Below the pieces are notes generated by a model that was not told where the DNA came from, did no database searches, and saw nothing but the letters and a program-made list of their open reading frames with translations. DNA of 64,000 nucleotides from Candidatus Poribacteria bacterium. GTDB lineage: Bacteria > Poribacteria > WGA-4E > GCA-2687025. The DNA is taken from contig VGLH01000004.1 in NCBI GenBank assembly GCA_016866785.1, positions 3,573-67,572 on the forward strand, read 5' to 3'. Both the position numbers and the translations under genes were made by a program. This document shows, in pieces, positions 35,744 through 45,362 of this stretch. The stretch's first letter is position 1, and every line of letters begins with the position of its first letter.

Positions 35744-37717
35744 ATGTGGTTTGCCGCTCTCTTCGTCGCATCGGCGCTGGATTCGCCCACTCCCGCGCCT
35801 CGCATCCCCGATGGGGCATGGTCCGAGATGCTAACGCTCGGGGGGCACCCCCGCGTCATCGGGTACCGCGACTTCCTGGTGACCCTGGCGCGGACGAAGC
35901 CGGACGCCTATCGCGAGATCGTCCAGAGCGATTCGCTCTTGGCGAGGGGAATCGTCCACGCCGTCGAGGGTCTGCCAAAGGAGTCGATCGCCCTGTTTGT
36001 GCGCCTGGCACTTGGGCACGTCGAACGCGGTGTGACGAACCTGCACCAGGACACCTGGATATGGCTGACGGAGGTCGCGCTGACGTACGACCTCTTCCAC
36101 GACGCCATCGAGCCTGCCGACCGTGCGCGCATGATCGACTGGATGAACGCCCACCTCGGCAGCTTCACGGCGGATGAGAACGCGTTCCACAACTCGACGC
36201 TCTCCAAGATCCTCTGCTACCTGCGGATCGCCTACGCGACCTGGGGCGAGAACCCGCGCGCCCGCGAGTTCCGCGATGAAGCCCTGACGCGGCTCTACGA
36301 GGGGAAGGTTCTGCCCGTCCTGCACGAGTTTGGGGCAGGAGGAGGGTTCACCGAATGTGGCTGGTACACGCGCGGATCACTGTGGTATCTCGTCCAGGCG
36401 CTGGAACTAGCTCGCCGGATCGAGGGGTATGATGGCTTCGAGCTGGCATCGCGGTTCTTCTACCAACGACTCGCCTACGAGATGTACCAGCCGTACCCCG
36501 GGCTCTGGATGTACGGCGCGGAGCGTTACCCGGTCGAAGGCGACGGGGCGGCGACCTACGGGGGACACAACGAGTACCCGCGACACACACGGACGCTACT
36601 CGCGCAGTATTTTCGCGGGTTGGAGCTAGCCAGATACGTCGCTGCCAAGCGCCGGAGGGGGTCGAACCCCGAGGCGAGGCTGGTCGATTTCCTGTACGAG
36701 GAGGAGCCTGACGCGCCGCTCGATCCCGCCGGGCTCCCCCTGGCGCATCTGGTGGAAGGGATCGGGAAGGTCTACGCTCGAAGCGATTGGACGGACGACG
36801 CGACCTGGTTCCGATTCGAGTGCGGGGACTACTGGGCGGGGCATCAGCATTACGAAGTCGGCAACTTCGAGATCTTCCGCCACGATCCCTTGGCAACCGA
36901 GAGTGGAGAGTACACGGACTACCTGGACAACCACTCCGTCAACTGGCTGATTCGGACGATCGCTCACAACTCCATCCTCGTCCACCAGCCCGACGAGACG
37001 TGGCGCGACATGCGCGACGGCGGGCGCAACGCCTACGCCAACGACGGCGGTCAGGCGAAGAAATGGCAGTGGACCGTCGACAACCTCGACATCTGGGAGG
37101 CGCGGCGCGAGGAGTTCGAGCGCGGAGACATCGTCGCCTATCGGAACGCGCCGGAGTACCTCTACGTCGCCGGTGACGGCACGAAGGCGTACGCGTCCAC
37201 GAAGCTCCGGTCATGGGTTCGGCAGATCGTGTTCCTTCGTCCTCACACGTTCGTCATCTTCGACCGCGTCGTTGCCACGCGTGCCACCTACGCCAAGACC
37301 TGGCTGCTCCATACGCGCAACGAGCCGACCATCGACGGAACCCAGATCACGGCGGAGCACGGGAAGGGAACGCTCCACGTCCAGACGCTTCTGCCGACAA
37401 GCCCTGTCGTGCGGAAGGTCGAGGGTTACACGTACGGTGGACTGACGTTCGACCCACGTCCATCGGTTCACACGCCCACCGCCAACCGATGGCGCGTCGA
37501 GGTGTCGCCGTCCGCAGACAGCGTCGACGATGTGTTCGTGCACGTGCTTTCGACCGACGGGCCTGTGACAGCGACGGCAGCGCGCGACGGAGAAGACGTG
37601 CGCGTCACGGTCGGCGATTCGGTCGTCCGGTTCACTGAGAAGGTCGGCGGAACGCTCAGAATCGGCAGCGAGGAGGTTCCGCTTCGGGCAGAGGTCGTCA
37701 AGGGGACGTTCGAGTGA
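35744..37717 (+). CDS. Heparinase II/III-like (polysaccharide lyase-like) protein
   Basis: AGHQHYEVGNFEIFRHDPLATESGEY..NWLIRTIAHNSILV resembles the heparinase II/III family core. ATG 35744 lies 8 nt after AGGAG, and the N-terminus is hydrophobic (MWFAALFVASAL). Confidence 0.6.
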   Translation: MWFAALFVASALDSPTPAPRIPDGAWSEMLTLGGHPRVIGYRDFLVTLARTKPDAYREIVQSDSLLARGIVHAVEGLPKESIALFVRLALGHVERGVTNLHQDTWIWLTEVALTYDLFHDAIEPADRARMIDWMNAHLGSFTADENAFHNSTLSKILCYLRIAYATWGENPRAREFRDEALTRLYEGKVLPVLHEFGAGGGFTECGWYTRGSLWYLVQALELARRIEGYDGFELASRFFYQRLAYEMYQPYPGLWMYGAERYPVEGDGAATYGGHNEYPRHTRTLLAQYFRGLELARYVAAKRRRGSNPEARLVDFLYEEEPDAPLDPAGLPLAHLVEGIGKVYARSDWTDDATWFRFECGDYWAGHQHYEVGNFEIFRHDPLATESGEYTDYLDNHSVNWLIRTIAHNSILVHQPDETWRDMRDGGRNAYANDGGQAKKWQWTVDNLDIWEARREEFERGDIVAYRNAPEYLYVAGDGTKAYASTKLRSWVRQIVFLRPHTFVIFDRVVATRATYAKTWLLHTRNEPTIDGTQITAEHGKGTLHVQTLLPTSPVVRKVEGYTYGGLTFDPRPSVHTPTANRWRVEVSPSADSVDDVFVHVLSTDGPVTATAARDGEDVRVTVGDSVVRFTEKVGGTLRIGSEEVPLRAEVVKGTFE

Positions 37718-37747
37718 TCTGAGACGGTGGCTGAGAAGGAGTCCACG

Positions 37748-38620
37748 ATGGAGCGCGATCGAGTTCGGTGGGAGAACATGCTGCCGGCGGAGTTCCGCGA
37801 GGCGGTCGAGGCGCTGCCCGTCGTGTTCCTACCGCTCGGAACCGTCGAGTGGCACGGCGAACACAACGCGCTGGGACTGGACGCCCTCAAAGCGCACCGG
37901 TTGTGCGTTCTCGCCGCCGAGCAGGCAGGCGGCGGGGTCGTCCATCCACCGGTCTACGGCGGCATGGGCGGGCTCGACATGCCGGCAACGGTCGTCCTGG
38001 AACCCGAAGACGCATGGGAGAACCACCTGCTGCGGTCGTGGCTGGAAAAGCTCTGCTATGAGTTCCGCCGCCTCGGGTTCCGCGCGATCCTCATGCTGAC
38101 GGGTCACTACGGACACAACCAACAGATCGTGGTACGAGAGACGGCGGCGCGGATGACAGAGCGCCTGCAGATCCCCGTGCTCGGGACGCCTGAGTACTGG
38201 CTGGCGCAGGACGTCGGTTATCTGGGCGACCACGCGGGCATCGGCGAGACGTCGTTGCTGTGGCATCTCATGCCGGAGCTCGTCGCCATCGACCGGATAC
38301 GCACCGATCCCGACTACGGCAAGACGGATACCATCGAGAAAGGCTCTTCGCCGGAACTCGGGAACCGGTACGCCGACGTGATCGTGCGCCGTCTGGCGTG
38401 CCTGGCGCGGTCGATGCCGGACTGGGACGACGCGACTCGCGACGCCTTCGTCCGGGCGGAGCGAGCCCTCGTGACGGCGCAGGTCAAGGGATGGAGGTCT
38501 CAGCATGCGTGGGCAGCGTGGCGTAAGTCATTTGCCGGAGAGCTCCTCGGGTATGGAGCCATGCTCGAGGCTGGGGACTTCGCAGGGATCGAGCGGCTCG
38601 CTGCTCAACTGTTCCCGTGA
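37748..38620 (+). CDS. Creatininase-family amidohydrolase
   Basis: FLPLGTVEWHGEHNALGLD and MLTGHYGH motifs. Confidence 0.8.
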   Translation: MERDRVRWENMLPAEFREAVEALPVVFLPLGTVEWHGEHNALGLDALKAHRLCVLAAEQAGGGVVHPPVYGGMGGLDMPATVVLEPEDAWENHLLRSWLEKLCYEFRRLGFRAILMLTGHYGHNQQIVVRETAARMTERLQIPVLGTPEYWLAQDVGYLGDHAGIGETSLLWHLMPELVAIDRIRTDPDYGKTDTIEKGSSPELGNRYADVIVRRLACLARSMPDWDDATRDAFVRAERALVTAQVKGWRSQHAWAAWRKSFAGELLGYGAMLEAGDFAGIERLAAQLFP

Positions 38621-38624
38621 CGCC

Positions 38625-39764
38625 CTACTGGTCGACGACCGATCCGTCGACGTGCAGGCGCGTGTTGACTCGTCGGCGGCGGAATGGATGCGCTTCCTGA
38701 GCCCCTTCGATCAGCTCGACGCCGATCCCTGGCGCATCGGGCACGATGAGGAAGCCGTCTTCAGCCCTCAGCGCGCCTCGGACGATCTCGCTCTTCGGCG
38801 GCTCGTGCTCGCCTCTAGGGTACTCCTGAAGAGCGAAGTTGGGAATGCATGCCGCCAGCTGGACGCATGCCGCCGTGCTGACCGGGCTCAAGGGATTGTG
38901 GGGAACCACGCCGACGTGATGCGCCTCCGCCAGCGCGGCGATCTTCTTGCTGTGCGTCAAGCCTCCCGCCATGCACACGTCGGGTCGCACGAACTGAACC
39001 GCGTTCCGGTTCAGCAGCATCTGGAACTCGTAGATCGTGTGGAGCCTCTCGCCGGTTGCGATAGGGATGTGAATCTTCTCGGCGATGTGCGCCATAGCGT
39101 CGAGGTTGTCCGGTAGCGTCGGATCCTCGTAGAAGAAGGGATGGTACGGCTCGATGCCGCGCGCCAGGACGATCGCCTCGGACGGCGTCAGCCGCCGGTG
39201 GATCTCGATGCACAGGTCGACGTCGTTCCCGACGGCGTCGCGATAGGCGGCGACTGTCTCGATGGCGTCGCGCATCTTGTCGGCGTGCGTCTTGAAGTAG
39301 GGGATGTCGTGCGACTCGTCACGGAACGGCGTCAGGTGACCGACCGCCGTGAAGCCGCGCTCCTTCGCGTCGATGCACCCCTGAACGAGCTGCTGGCGTG
39401 TGCTTCCGAAGACGTGGTAGTAGACGCGCGCCTTATCCCGTGTCTTGCCGCCGAGGAGCTGGTAGCAGGGGACGCCGAAGTGCTTGCCGGCGATGTCCCA
39501 CAGGGCGATGTCGATAGCACTGAGCGCGCCCATGATCGCCGCGCCCCGGAAGTGGCTCCAGCGATACATGCTCTGCCAGTGATGCTCGATGCGGAGCGGG
39601 TCCTGACCGATAAGGTAGTCGCGAAACGTCTCGACCGCGCGCTCGGACGCCTCCAGGTAGCCCCAAGCTCCCGACTCGCCCAGCCCGACGATGCCTTCGT
39701 CGGTGTGAACCTGGACGAACAGGTAGGACGCAATCGGCAATGTGCGGACGTCGGCGATCTTCAT
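38625..39764 (-). CDS. Enolase-superfamily dehydratase (mandelate racemase/muconate lactonizing family; galactonate/mannonate-dehydratase-like)
   Basis: HTDEGIVGLGES, SAIDIALWDIAGKHFGVPCYQLLGG and VVPHNPLSPV motifs. Confidence 0.85.
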   Translation of the reverse strand: MKIADVRTLPIASYLFVQVHTDEGIVGLGESGAWGYLEASERAVETFRDYLIGQDPLRIEHHWQSMYRWSHFRGAAIMGALSAIDIALWDIAGKHFGVPCYQLLGGKTRDKARVYYHVFGSTRQQLVQGCIDAKERGFTAVGHLTPFRDESHDIPYFKTHADKMRDAIETVAAYRDAVGNDVDLCIEIHRRLTPSEAIVLARGIEPYHPFFYEDPTLPDNLDAMAHIAEKIHIPIATGERLHTIYEFQMLLNRNAVQFVRPDVCMAGGLTHSKKIAALAEAHHVGVVPHNPLSPVSTAACVQLAACIPNFALQEYPRGEHEPPKSEIVRGALRAEDGFLIVPDAPGIGVELIEGAQEAHPFRRRRVNTRLHVDGSVVDQ

Positions 39765-39909
39765 GGAACCTCTCTGGACATTCGTCAGTGTGGCTCATCC
39801 CATGGCTCAGGGCAACTGCGGGCGCCTGACGGCGAACCAAACAACGAAGGGCTCCGTGACAGCGGAGCCCTATCCTCAACGGTACGCGCCACCTCGGATG
39901 GCGCACGCG

Positions 39910-40770
39910 CTATCGGGTTCGCATCGCCCCCCATGTCGTCGAGAGCTTGCCTCTCGGCTCGACAGCGAGCACGAGGTGGCCCTGCTCGGTCAACCAGTTC
40001 TTGACGAACTCGATGACGACCTCGCCTCGGTTGTCGGCTTTGGGGTCGGGCCCGGGCCACGCCTTCTGGATCAGGCAGGCGACGACGCCGCCCGTCTTAC
40101 TGTTGACCGCGACAGCGGGATCCGCGTCATTCGCGCCACAGTCGGCGAAGGTCGTCACGACCCAGTCGGTGCCTTTGAACTGCTCGACGTGCCACGGACG
40201 GTCATTCGTGTAGTCCTTGAGGGAGGGCAGGTACTTCTTGCCCGCCGCATTGACGACCTGCGCGTTGCATCGGCTGCCGAAGGACAACCCTGGGATGTCC
40301 ATGATGTTCGCCGCTCCAGCAGCGCCGTTGTCGGGACTACGCACACCGCCTTCGTAGCTCATGTAGCCGAACCAGTCGGCGATGTTGATGACGGTGTTGC
40401 CATTGTCGAGGTACTCCTCGATGATGGAACCGTCGGGCTGCTTGTTCGGGAAGGGGTAGAGCCCGCTGGGCATCGTACCGCACGAAAGGATGAGCACGTC
40501 CTTCTTGCCGTCCTTCGTGCGATCCTTCGTCCATTTGGCGAGCTTCGAGTTCTCCCCGACCTCGTCTCCGTCGCCAAAGACGGTTGTCGTGTCGAACATG
40601 CCCTTGAGAGCAGCGACCATCTGGTCGGTCTCGCGCGTCACGTCACCTGGGATGATCCATCCCGTGTTCGGCGGTCCCGCGTAGAACGCGAGGTCGACTG
40701 CCCAAAGGCTGGTGGAGATGAGAAGGGAGGCGATCGACAGACAGACGCCGCACCACAGGCGTCTTGACAT
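39910..40770 (-). CDS. Secreted hypothetical protein
   Basis: Signal peptide MSRRLWCGVCLSIASLLISTSLWA. Protein-like composition. No family recognised with confidence. Confidence 0.6.
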   Translation of the reverse strand: MSRRLWCGVCLSIASLLISTSLWAVDLAFYAGPPNTGWIIPGDVTRETDQMVAALKGMFDTTTVFGDGDEVGENSKLAKWTKDRTKDGKKDVLILSCGTMPSGLYPFPNKQPDGSIIEEYLDNGNTVINIADWFGYMSYEGGVRSPDNGAAGAANIMDIPGLSFGSRCNAQVVNAAGKKYLPSLKDYTNDRPWHVEQFKGTDWVVTTFADCGANDADPAVAVNSKTGGVVACLIQKAWPGPDPKADNRGEVVIEFVKNWLTEQGHLVLAVEPRGKLSTTWGAMRTR

Positions 40771-41032
40771 GGTCAGGACTCCTTATTCTGCGCGGCGCGC
40801 GCGATGCGCTTGCCGCGAACCGTCCGATTCCCGCGCCGCCGCATCGGTCGCCACTGACCCCGGCAGCGCGACGTGTACGCATATGCCACAGGAATGTCGC
40901 GCGCGCAAGTAGATTGGGCACGGCAATTCGCGCAGGCAACCAAGCGGGCACACTGGAACCGTAGACGCTCAGCGGCTATCCATCTTCCAGTGAAACGCCG
41001 CTTCGGTTCCACCTGGCAAAACGGGAGGAGAC

Positions 41033-42181
41033 ATGACTTCGTACGAGCGCATCATGCGTCAGGCGCACTTCCAGCCGGTCGACCGCATACCGCTGCTAGC
41101 CGGTTGGATCAACGGCGCCGTGCACCTTCAGGAGCTCGGTGGAACGACGGAGGACGAGTTCTGGAAGGACCCATGGACAGGGGCGCTGAAGGCGTACAGG
41201 AACCTGGGCGCCGACGGAATGTTGGGTCACATCGTGCCGCGCGGACAGGACACGATCCGACAGAGCTACATCCTAGAACGCGACCAGACGAACCATTCGG
41301 TCGATGAGGTGCTTGCCTTCGCCGAATCGCGTCCGACGGACGACGAGATTCTGGCGCGGTTCGACGCGGACGCGTACGCAAAGGAACTGCGAACGCACCT
41401 GGAAACCACGCAGGCGCGGTACGGAGACGTGCAGTACCTGCCAGCCCGGTGGGACTGCTCGGCGACCTTTGGCTGGTACGGCACGTTTGGCTACACGGCG
41501 TACTACGAAGCGGTCGCTCTGCATCCTGAGGCGTTCGACCGCATCTACCGCGCCAGCGCCGTCGCGGCGCGGGCCCGGAACGAAGTGATTGCGCGCGTCT
41601 ACTCGGCGCTGAAACGTCCGCCGCTCATCATGACCGGCGACGATATCTGTGACAACAACGGGCCCATGGTGTCGCCGCGATTCCTTCGCAAGCACTACTT
41701 CCCGTGGCTGAAGTACTCGCTGGAGCCGTTGCACCAAGGCGGTATCAAGACGATCTGCCACTGTGACGGCAACGTGATGCCGATCATGGATGACATCCTC
41801 GCGTGCGGGTTCTGCGGGCTCCAGGGGTTCCAGGAAGAGCTCGGCGTCCACATCTCCGACCTGGTGAAGCTTCGTACCGCGACGGGAGACCGACTGCTGC
41901 TGTTCGCGGGCATGTCCGTCACGCGGACGCTGCCTTGGGGTTCCGTCCAGGATGTCGAGGAGGACGTCGCCTACGCGATCGACGTCACGGAGGGCGGCAA
42001 GGGGCTCTTCCTCTTCTCGGCGAACGTCATCAATCCCGAAGTTCCTACGGACAACATCCGTGCGGCGTACCGACATGCCGCCCAATACTCGACCGGTTTC
42101 AGCACGCCCGTTCAAGAGCGGCGAACCGAGTGGCCCTTCGGCGTCAAGACGGGAGAACTGATCGGTGCCCGAGTCTTCTGA
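41033..42181 (+). CDS. Uroporphyrinogen decarboxylase (URO-D/MtaA-like) family protein, paralog 3
   Basis: FQPVDRIPLLAGW N-terminus and ICHCDGNVMPIMDDILACGFCGLQGFQ core. GGAGG precedes the ATG. Confidence 0.7.
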   Translation: MTSYERIMRQAHFQPVDRIPLLAGWINGAVHLQELGGTTEDEFWKDPWTGALKAYRNLGADGMLGHIVPRGQDTIRQSYILERDQTNHSVDEVLAFAESRPTDDEILARFDADAYAKELRTHLETTQARYGDVQYLPARWDCSATFGWYGTFGYTAYYEAVALHPEAFDRIYRASAVAARARNEVIARVYSALKRPPLIMTGDDICDNNGPMVSPRFLRKHYFPWLKYSLEPLHQGGIKTICHCDGNVMPIMDDILACGFCGLQGFQEELGVHISDLVKLRTATGDRLLLFAGMSVTRTLPWGSVQDVEEDVAYAIDVTEGGKGLFLFSANVINPEVPTDNIRAAYRHAAQYSTGFSTPVQERRTEWPFGVKTGELIGARVF

Positions 42182-43241
42182 GGCGCAGCTTCCCGACATT
42201 GGCAAGATATCACCGGACGTGTTCGAGACGCTCATCAAGCCGCGTCTGGGCAGGAAACGCGCGGATGTCTTGGTTCCGCCCAAGAGCGGCGTCGACGTCG
42301 GCGTCATCGACATCGGCGGCGGTCGCGTGATGGCGATGTCGACCGACCCCGTCTTCATTGTGCCGCAGTACGGATGGGAGCGCGCCGCGTGGTTCGCGAT
42401 CCACATCCTCATGTCCGACGTCGCGACGAGCGGTCTCGCGCCGACCCACCTGACCATCGACCTGAACCTGCCGGTTTCCATGGATGCCGCCGCTCTCGGA
42501 ACGGTCTGGGAGACGATCCACCGGGAGTGCGACCGATATGGCGTCGCCGTCGTCACGGGACATACCGCGCGCTACGACGGTTGCGACTACCCGATGGTCG
42601 GCGGCGCGACCGTCATGGCGATTGGCGATGCGGACCGATACGTGACTCCTGAAATGGCGCGCCCAGGCGACGCCGTTATCGTCACGAAGGGTCCCGCCAT
42701 CGAAGCCGCTGGCTTGTTCGCCGCCACGTTCCCGGATCGCGTCTCCCGCGCGTTCGGCGAGGACGCCGCGCGGCGCTGCGAGGAGCTCTTCTGGCAAATG
42801 ACGGTCGTGGACGACGCGCTGACGGCGGCGCAGGTCGGTGTGCGAGACGACGGCGTGACGGCGATGCACGACGCGACGGAATGCGGTCTGTGGGGTGGCA
42901 TCGTCGAGGTCGCGCAGGCGAGCGACGTCGGGATGCGGATCGACCAGAGCGCTATCCCGCTGAACCAGGATGCCGTTCGGCTGTGCGAGCTGTTCGGGGT
43001 CGATCCCTTCCCGGCGATCAGCGAGGGCACGCTCGTGATGACGTGCTGCCCCCACCGAACCGAGGCGGTCCTGTCGGCGCTCAAGGGCGCTGGCATCGTC
43101 GCCGCGCAGATCGGCGAGGTCGTCGAGGAACCGTCGTGCCAGCTCCTGTCCGAAGGCGCATGGCGTGAGCTGGCGCATCCGCGCGTCGACCCGTTCTGGC
43201 GCGCGTTTGCCGATGCGCTCGCAGGGGAGCCCAGCGACTGA
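42165..43241 (+). CDS. AIR-synthase-related (PurM/HypE/SelD-superfamily) protein; not a canonical SelD
   Basis: GVDVGVIDIGGGRVMAMSTDPVF and VVTGHTARYDG motifs of the PurM superfamily. GTG start overlaps the preceding URO-D gene by 17 nt. Lacks the SelD GxGCK-type N-terminal motif. Confidence 0.75.
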   Translation: MPESSEAQLPDIGKISPDVFETLIKPRLGRKRADVLVPPKSGVDVGVIDIGGGRVMAMSTDPVFIVPQYGWERAAWFAIHILMSDVATSGLAPTHLTIDLNLPVSMDAAALGTVWETIHRECDRYGVAVVTGHTARYDGCDYPMVGGATVMAIGDADRYVTPEMARPGDAVIVTKGPAIEAAGLFAATFPDRVSRAFGEDAARRCEELFWQMTVVDDALTAAQVGVRDDGVTAMHDATECGLWGGIVEVAQASDVGMRIDQSAIPLNQDAVRLCELFGVDPFPAISEGTLVMTCCPHRTEAVLSALKGAGIVAAQIGEVVEEPSCQLLSEGAWRELAHPRVDPFWRAFADALAGEPSD

Positions 43242-43260
43242 GGGCGGGAGTTTCAGAGGC

Positions 43261-44058
43261 ATGACGGGGATCCGGCTGCTCTATCGCCGGTGGCGGAACC
43301 AGCACGTGGCTCGCTGGTACACCCGCGATCCGGATCGCCTGAAGCGCTGGATCGCGGAAGCCAGGCTAGAGACGCTGCCAGCTCCAGCCATCGTTCCGAT
43401 ACGGAAGCCACTGTCTGAGTGCTGCATCGCACTCATCACGACCGGCGGCTTTCACTTGGGTTCCGACCCACCGTTCAACATGGCGCGCCCGGAAGGCGAT
43501 CCGTCGCTGCGCCGAATCCCAATCGACGCGCCGCGAAGCAGCGTGCTCGTGACGCACGACTACTACGATCACCGCGACGCGGAGCTCGACATCAACGTCG
43601 TGCTCCCGATTGACTGACTCGCCGAGCTCGTCGCCGAAAGAATCGTCGGCTCACTGCATCCGGTCGCGTACAGCCTGATGGGGCACATCACCGGCGGCTG
43701 CGTGGACGCGCTCGTATCGGATACGGCTCCTGCCATCGTGGATGAGCTCCATCGTGGAGAAGTCGACATCGCGCTTCTGACCCCCGCCTGAGGCATCTGC
43801 CACCAGTCCGTGGGACTGGTTCAGCGAGCCGTGGAGGAGTCGGGGATCCGCACGGTGTCGATCACCATGAGCGCCGAGATGACCGCCCACGTGCAGCCGC
43901 CTCGTGCGCTGCTGGTCGATTTCCCGCTGGGACATCCGATGGGCAGACCGAACGATCCCGATATGGGCAGCCGCGTACTCCGAGAGGCGCTGGAGGTTCT
44001 CACGAACCCGGAGCACGACGGTCGGATCGTACGCAGCTCTATCTGGTACGCCAGCTAG
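43261..44058 (+). CDS. Glycine/sarcosine/betaine/D-proline reductase selenoprotein-B-family (GrdB/PrdB-like) protein; single frame with two in-frame TGA codons (43615..43617 and 43789..43791). Candidate selenoprotein or pseudogene
   Basis: One continuous frame reads MTGIRLLYRR..ALITTGGFHLGSDPPF..THDYYDHRDAELDINVVLPID-TGA-LAELVAERIVGSLHPVAYSLMGHITGG..DIALLTPA-TGA-GICHQSVGLVQRAVEESGIRTVSI..FPLGHPMGRP..TAG. The ORF track splits it into 43165..43617 and 43810..44058. Confidence 0.55.
43802..43820 (+). promoter_or_regulatory. SECIS-like hairpin downstream of the in-frame TGA at 43789
   Basis: Perfect 8-bp stem ACCAGTCC / GGACTGGT with GTG loop. The stem starts 10 nt after the TGA. Confidence 0.5.
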
Positions 44059-44126
44059 CTGCGGGAGACCAAAGAGCCGCTCGAGCGCGACAGCCGCGAT
44101 GCGATCCGCGCCCGAGCGACACACTC

Positions 44127-44151
44127 TTGCCGATGGGGTCGGCATCGGCAA
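44127..44151 (+). terminator. Stem-loop downstream of the GrdB-like gene (possible terminator; no clean T-tract)
   Basis: TTGCCGATG-GGGTCGG-CATCGGCAA, 9-bp perfect stem, followed by TAGTGTTG. Confidence 0.3.
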
Positions 44152-44237
44152 TAGTGTTGCGGAGGACATTGCTGACGTATGAGTCACTCGCGTGGCTCCG
44201 TCAAGCGCGGAACGGGATCGGCGCAAGGAGAAAGCTG

Positions 44238-45362
44238 ATGGGTCTCGATCTTGTCGTCAACGCCGGAGAGCACGCGCGCCGCGACGCATTCGCACGAGTA
44301 ACCGTCGATGCGGCGTCGCTGCCATCGGGCGGCATGAGCCTCGTCGACTCGGTGACGGGAACCTCCCTGCCGGTTCAGGCGTCGGATGCGGTGGATGGCA
44401 AGGTGGAGCTCACCTTCCCTTGCCCCTATCTGGTGCGGCGTGAGACGCGGCGGTTCCAGTTGGTCACGGGCTCGTCGCCCGGTCGCGTCGCGGTCTCAGA
44501 CAAGGGCGGAGCCATTGCCGTGGAGATCGGCGGCGAGCCCTTCACGACGATGCTCTACGGGCCCGAGCACTACCGTCCGCACTGGTATCCCGTGCTGGGT
44601 CCCGGAGGCAAGGAGGTCACCGAGACCGGCGCGTCGGATCACAAGCACCACCGATCGCTGTACGTCGCCTACGGCGAGGTGAACGGAGTGGACTGCTGGG
44701 CTGAGGGAGCCAACTCCGGGCGCGTCGTCGTCCAAAAGCTGTCGGAGGCGAAGGGCGGCTCCGTCTTCGGAACGGTGACCACCGAGAGCTTGTGGCAGAG
44801 CCTCGACGGCAAGCGACTGATGACCGACCGCGTCTCGTGGCGCATCTACGCGCTTCCGGTGAACCGACGGATCATCGAGTCGGTCGTCGAGTTCCGAGCG
44901 ACCGAGGGGGACGTTCACTTCGGCGACACGAAGGAGGGCGGCATCATGTCCGTCCGCGTCGCGCCAATGGTGAAGGTCTCGAACACGGGAATCATCGTCA
45001 ACTCCTTCGGCGGGACGAACGAACGCGAGACCTGGGGCAAGCGCGCCAACTGGTGCGACTACTCAGGGTACATCGACGGCGTGCATCTGGGCATCGCCAT
45101 CATGGATCACATAGGGAACCCGCGCCACCCGTGCCACTGGCACGTCCGCGATTACGGCTTGATGACGACGAACATCTTCGGACGCGGCACGTTCGAGTCG
45201 GGACGAAAGCTCCTCGACGGCGACGGGCAGTACGTGCTGAAGGCGGGCGACTCGTTGACATTCCGATATCAGGTCGTCGTCCACGCCGGAGACGCCGAGG
45301 ACGCCGATCTGGCGGGCGCGTACCACAACTTCGTCAATCCGCCGTCGGTGACGGTCGGTTGA
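44238..45362 (+). CDS. PmoA-family / DUF6807 protein, paralog 1 (family name is historical; not a methane monooxygenase)
   Basis: HWYPVLGPGG, DHKHHRSLYVAYGEVNGVDCW, FGDTKEGGIMSVRV, NWCDYSG and HWHVRDYGL motifs. ATG 44238 lies 7 nt after AAGGAG. Confidence 0.7.
   Translation: MGLDLVVNAGEHARRDAFARVTVDAASLPSGGMSLVDSVTGTSLPVQASDAVDGKVELTFPCPYLVRRETRRFQLVTGSSPGRVAVSDKGGAIAVEIGGEPFTTMLYGPEHYRPHWYPVLGPGGKEVTETGASDHKHHRSLYVAYGEVNGVDCWAEGANSGRVVVQKLSEAKGGSVFGTVTTESLWQSLDGKRLMTDRVSWRIYALPVNRRIIESVVEFRATEGDVHFGDTKEGGIMSVRVAPMVKVSNTGIIVNSFGGTNERETWGKRANWCDYSGYIDGVHLGIAIMDHIGNPRHPCHWHVRDYGLMTTNIFGRGTFESGRKLLDGDGQYVLKAGDSLTFRYQVVVHAGDAEDADLAGAYHNFVNPPSVTVG

Noticed and set aside
42165-43241. PurM-superfamily gene next to a candidate selenoprotein as selenophosphate synthetase SelD.
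   Set aside because: The N-terminal Sec/Cys-Gly-x-Lys-type motif of SelD is absent. It can only be called AIR-synthase-related.
43633-43650. Hairpin after the first in-frame TGA as a second SECIS element.
   Set aside because: It has only a 5-bp stem, an 8-nt loop starting AA (no G in the first loop positions), and competing alternative pairings. That is not enough to call Sec. It is kept as an open question in the findings.
44238-45362. The PmoA family name could suggest methane or ammonia monooxygenase.
   Set aside because: The proteins are soluble-looking DUF6807-type sequences with no pmoB/pmoC neighbours. The family name is historical, and no methanotrophy inference is justified.
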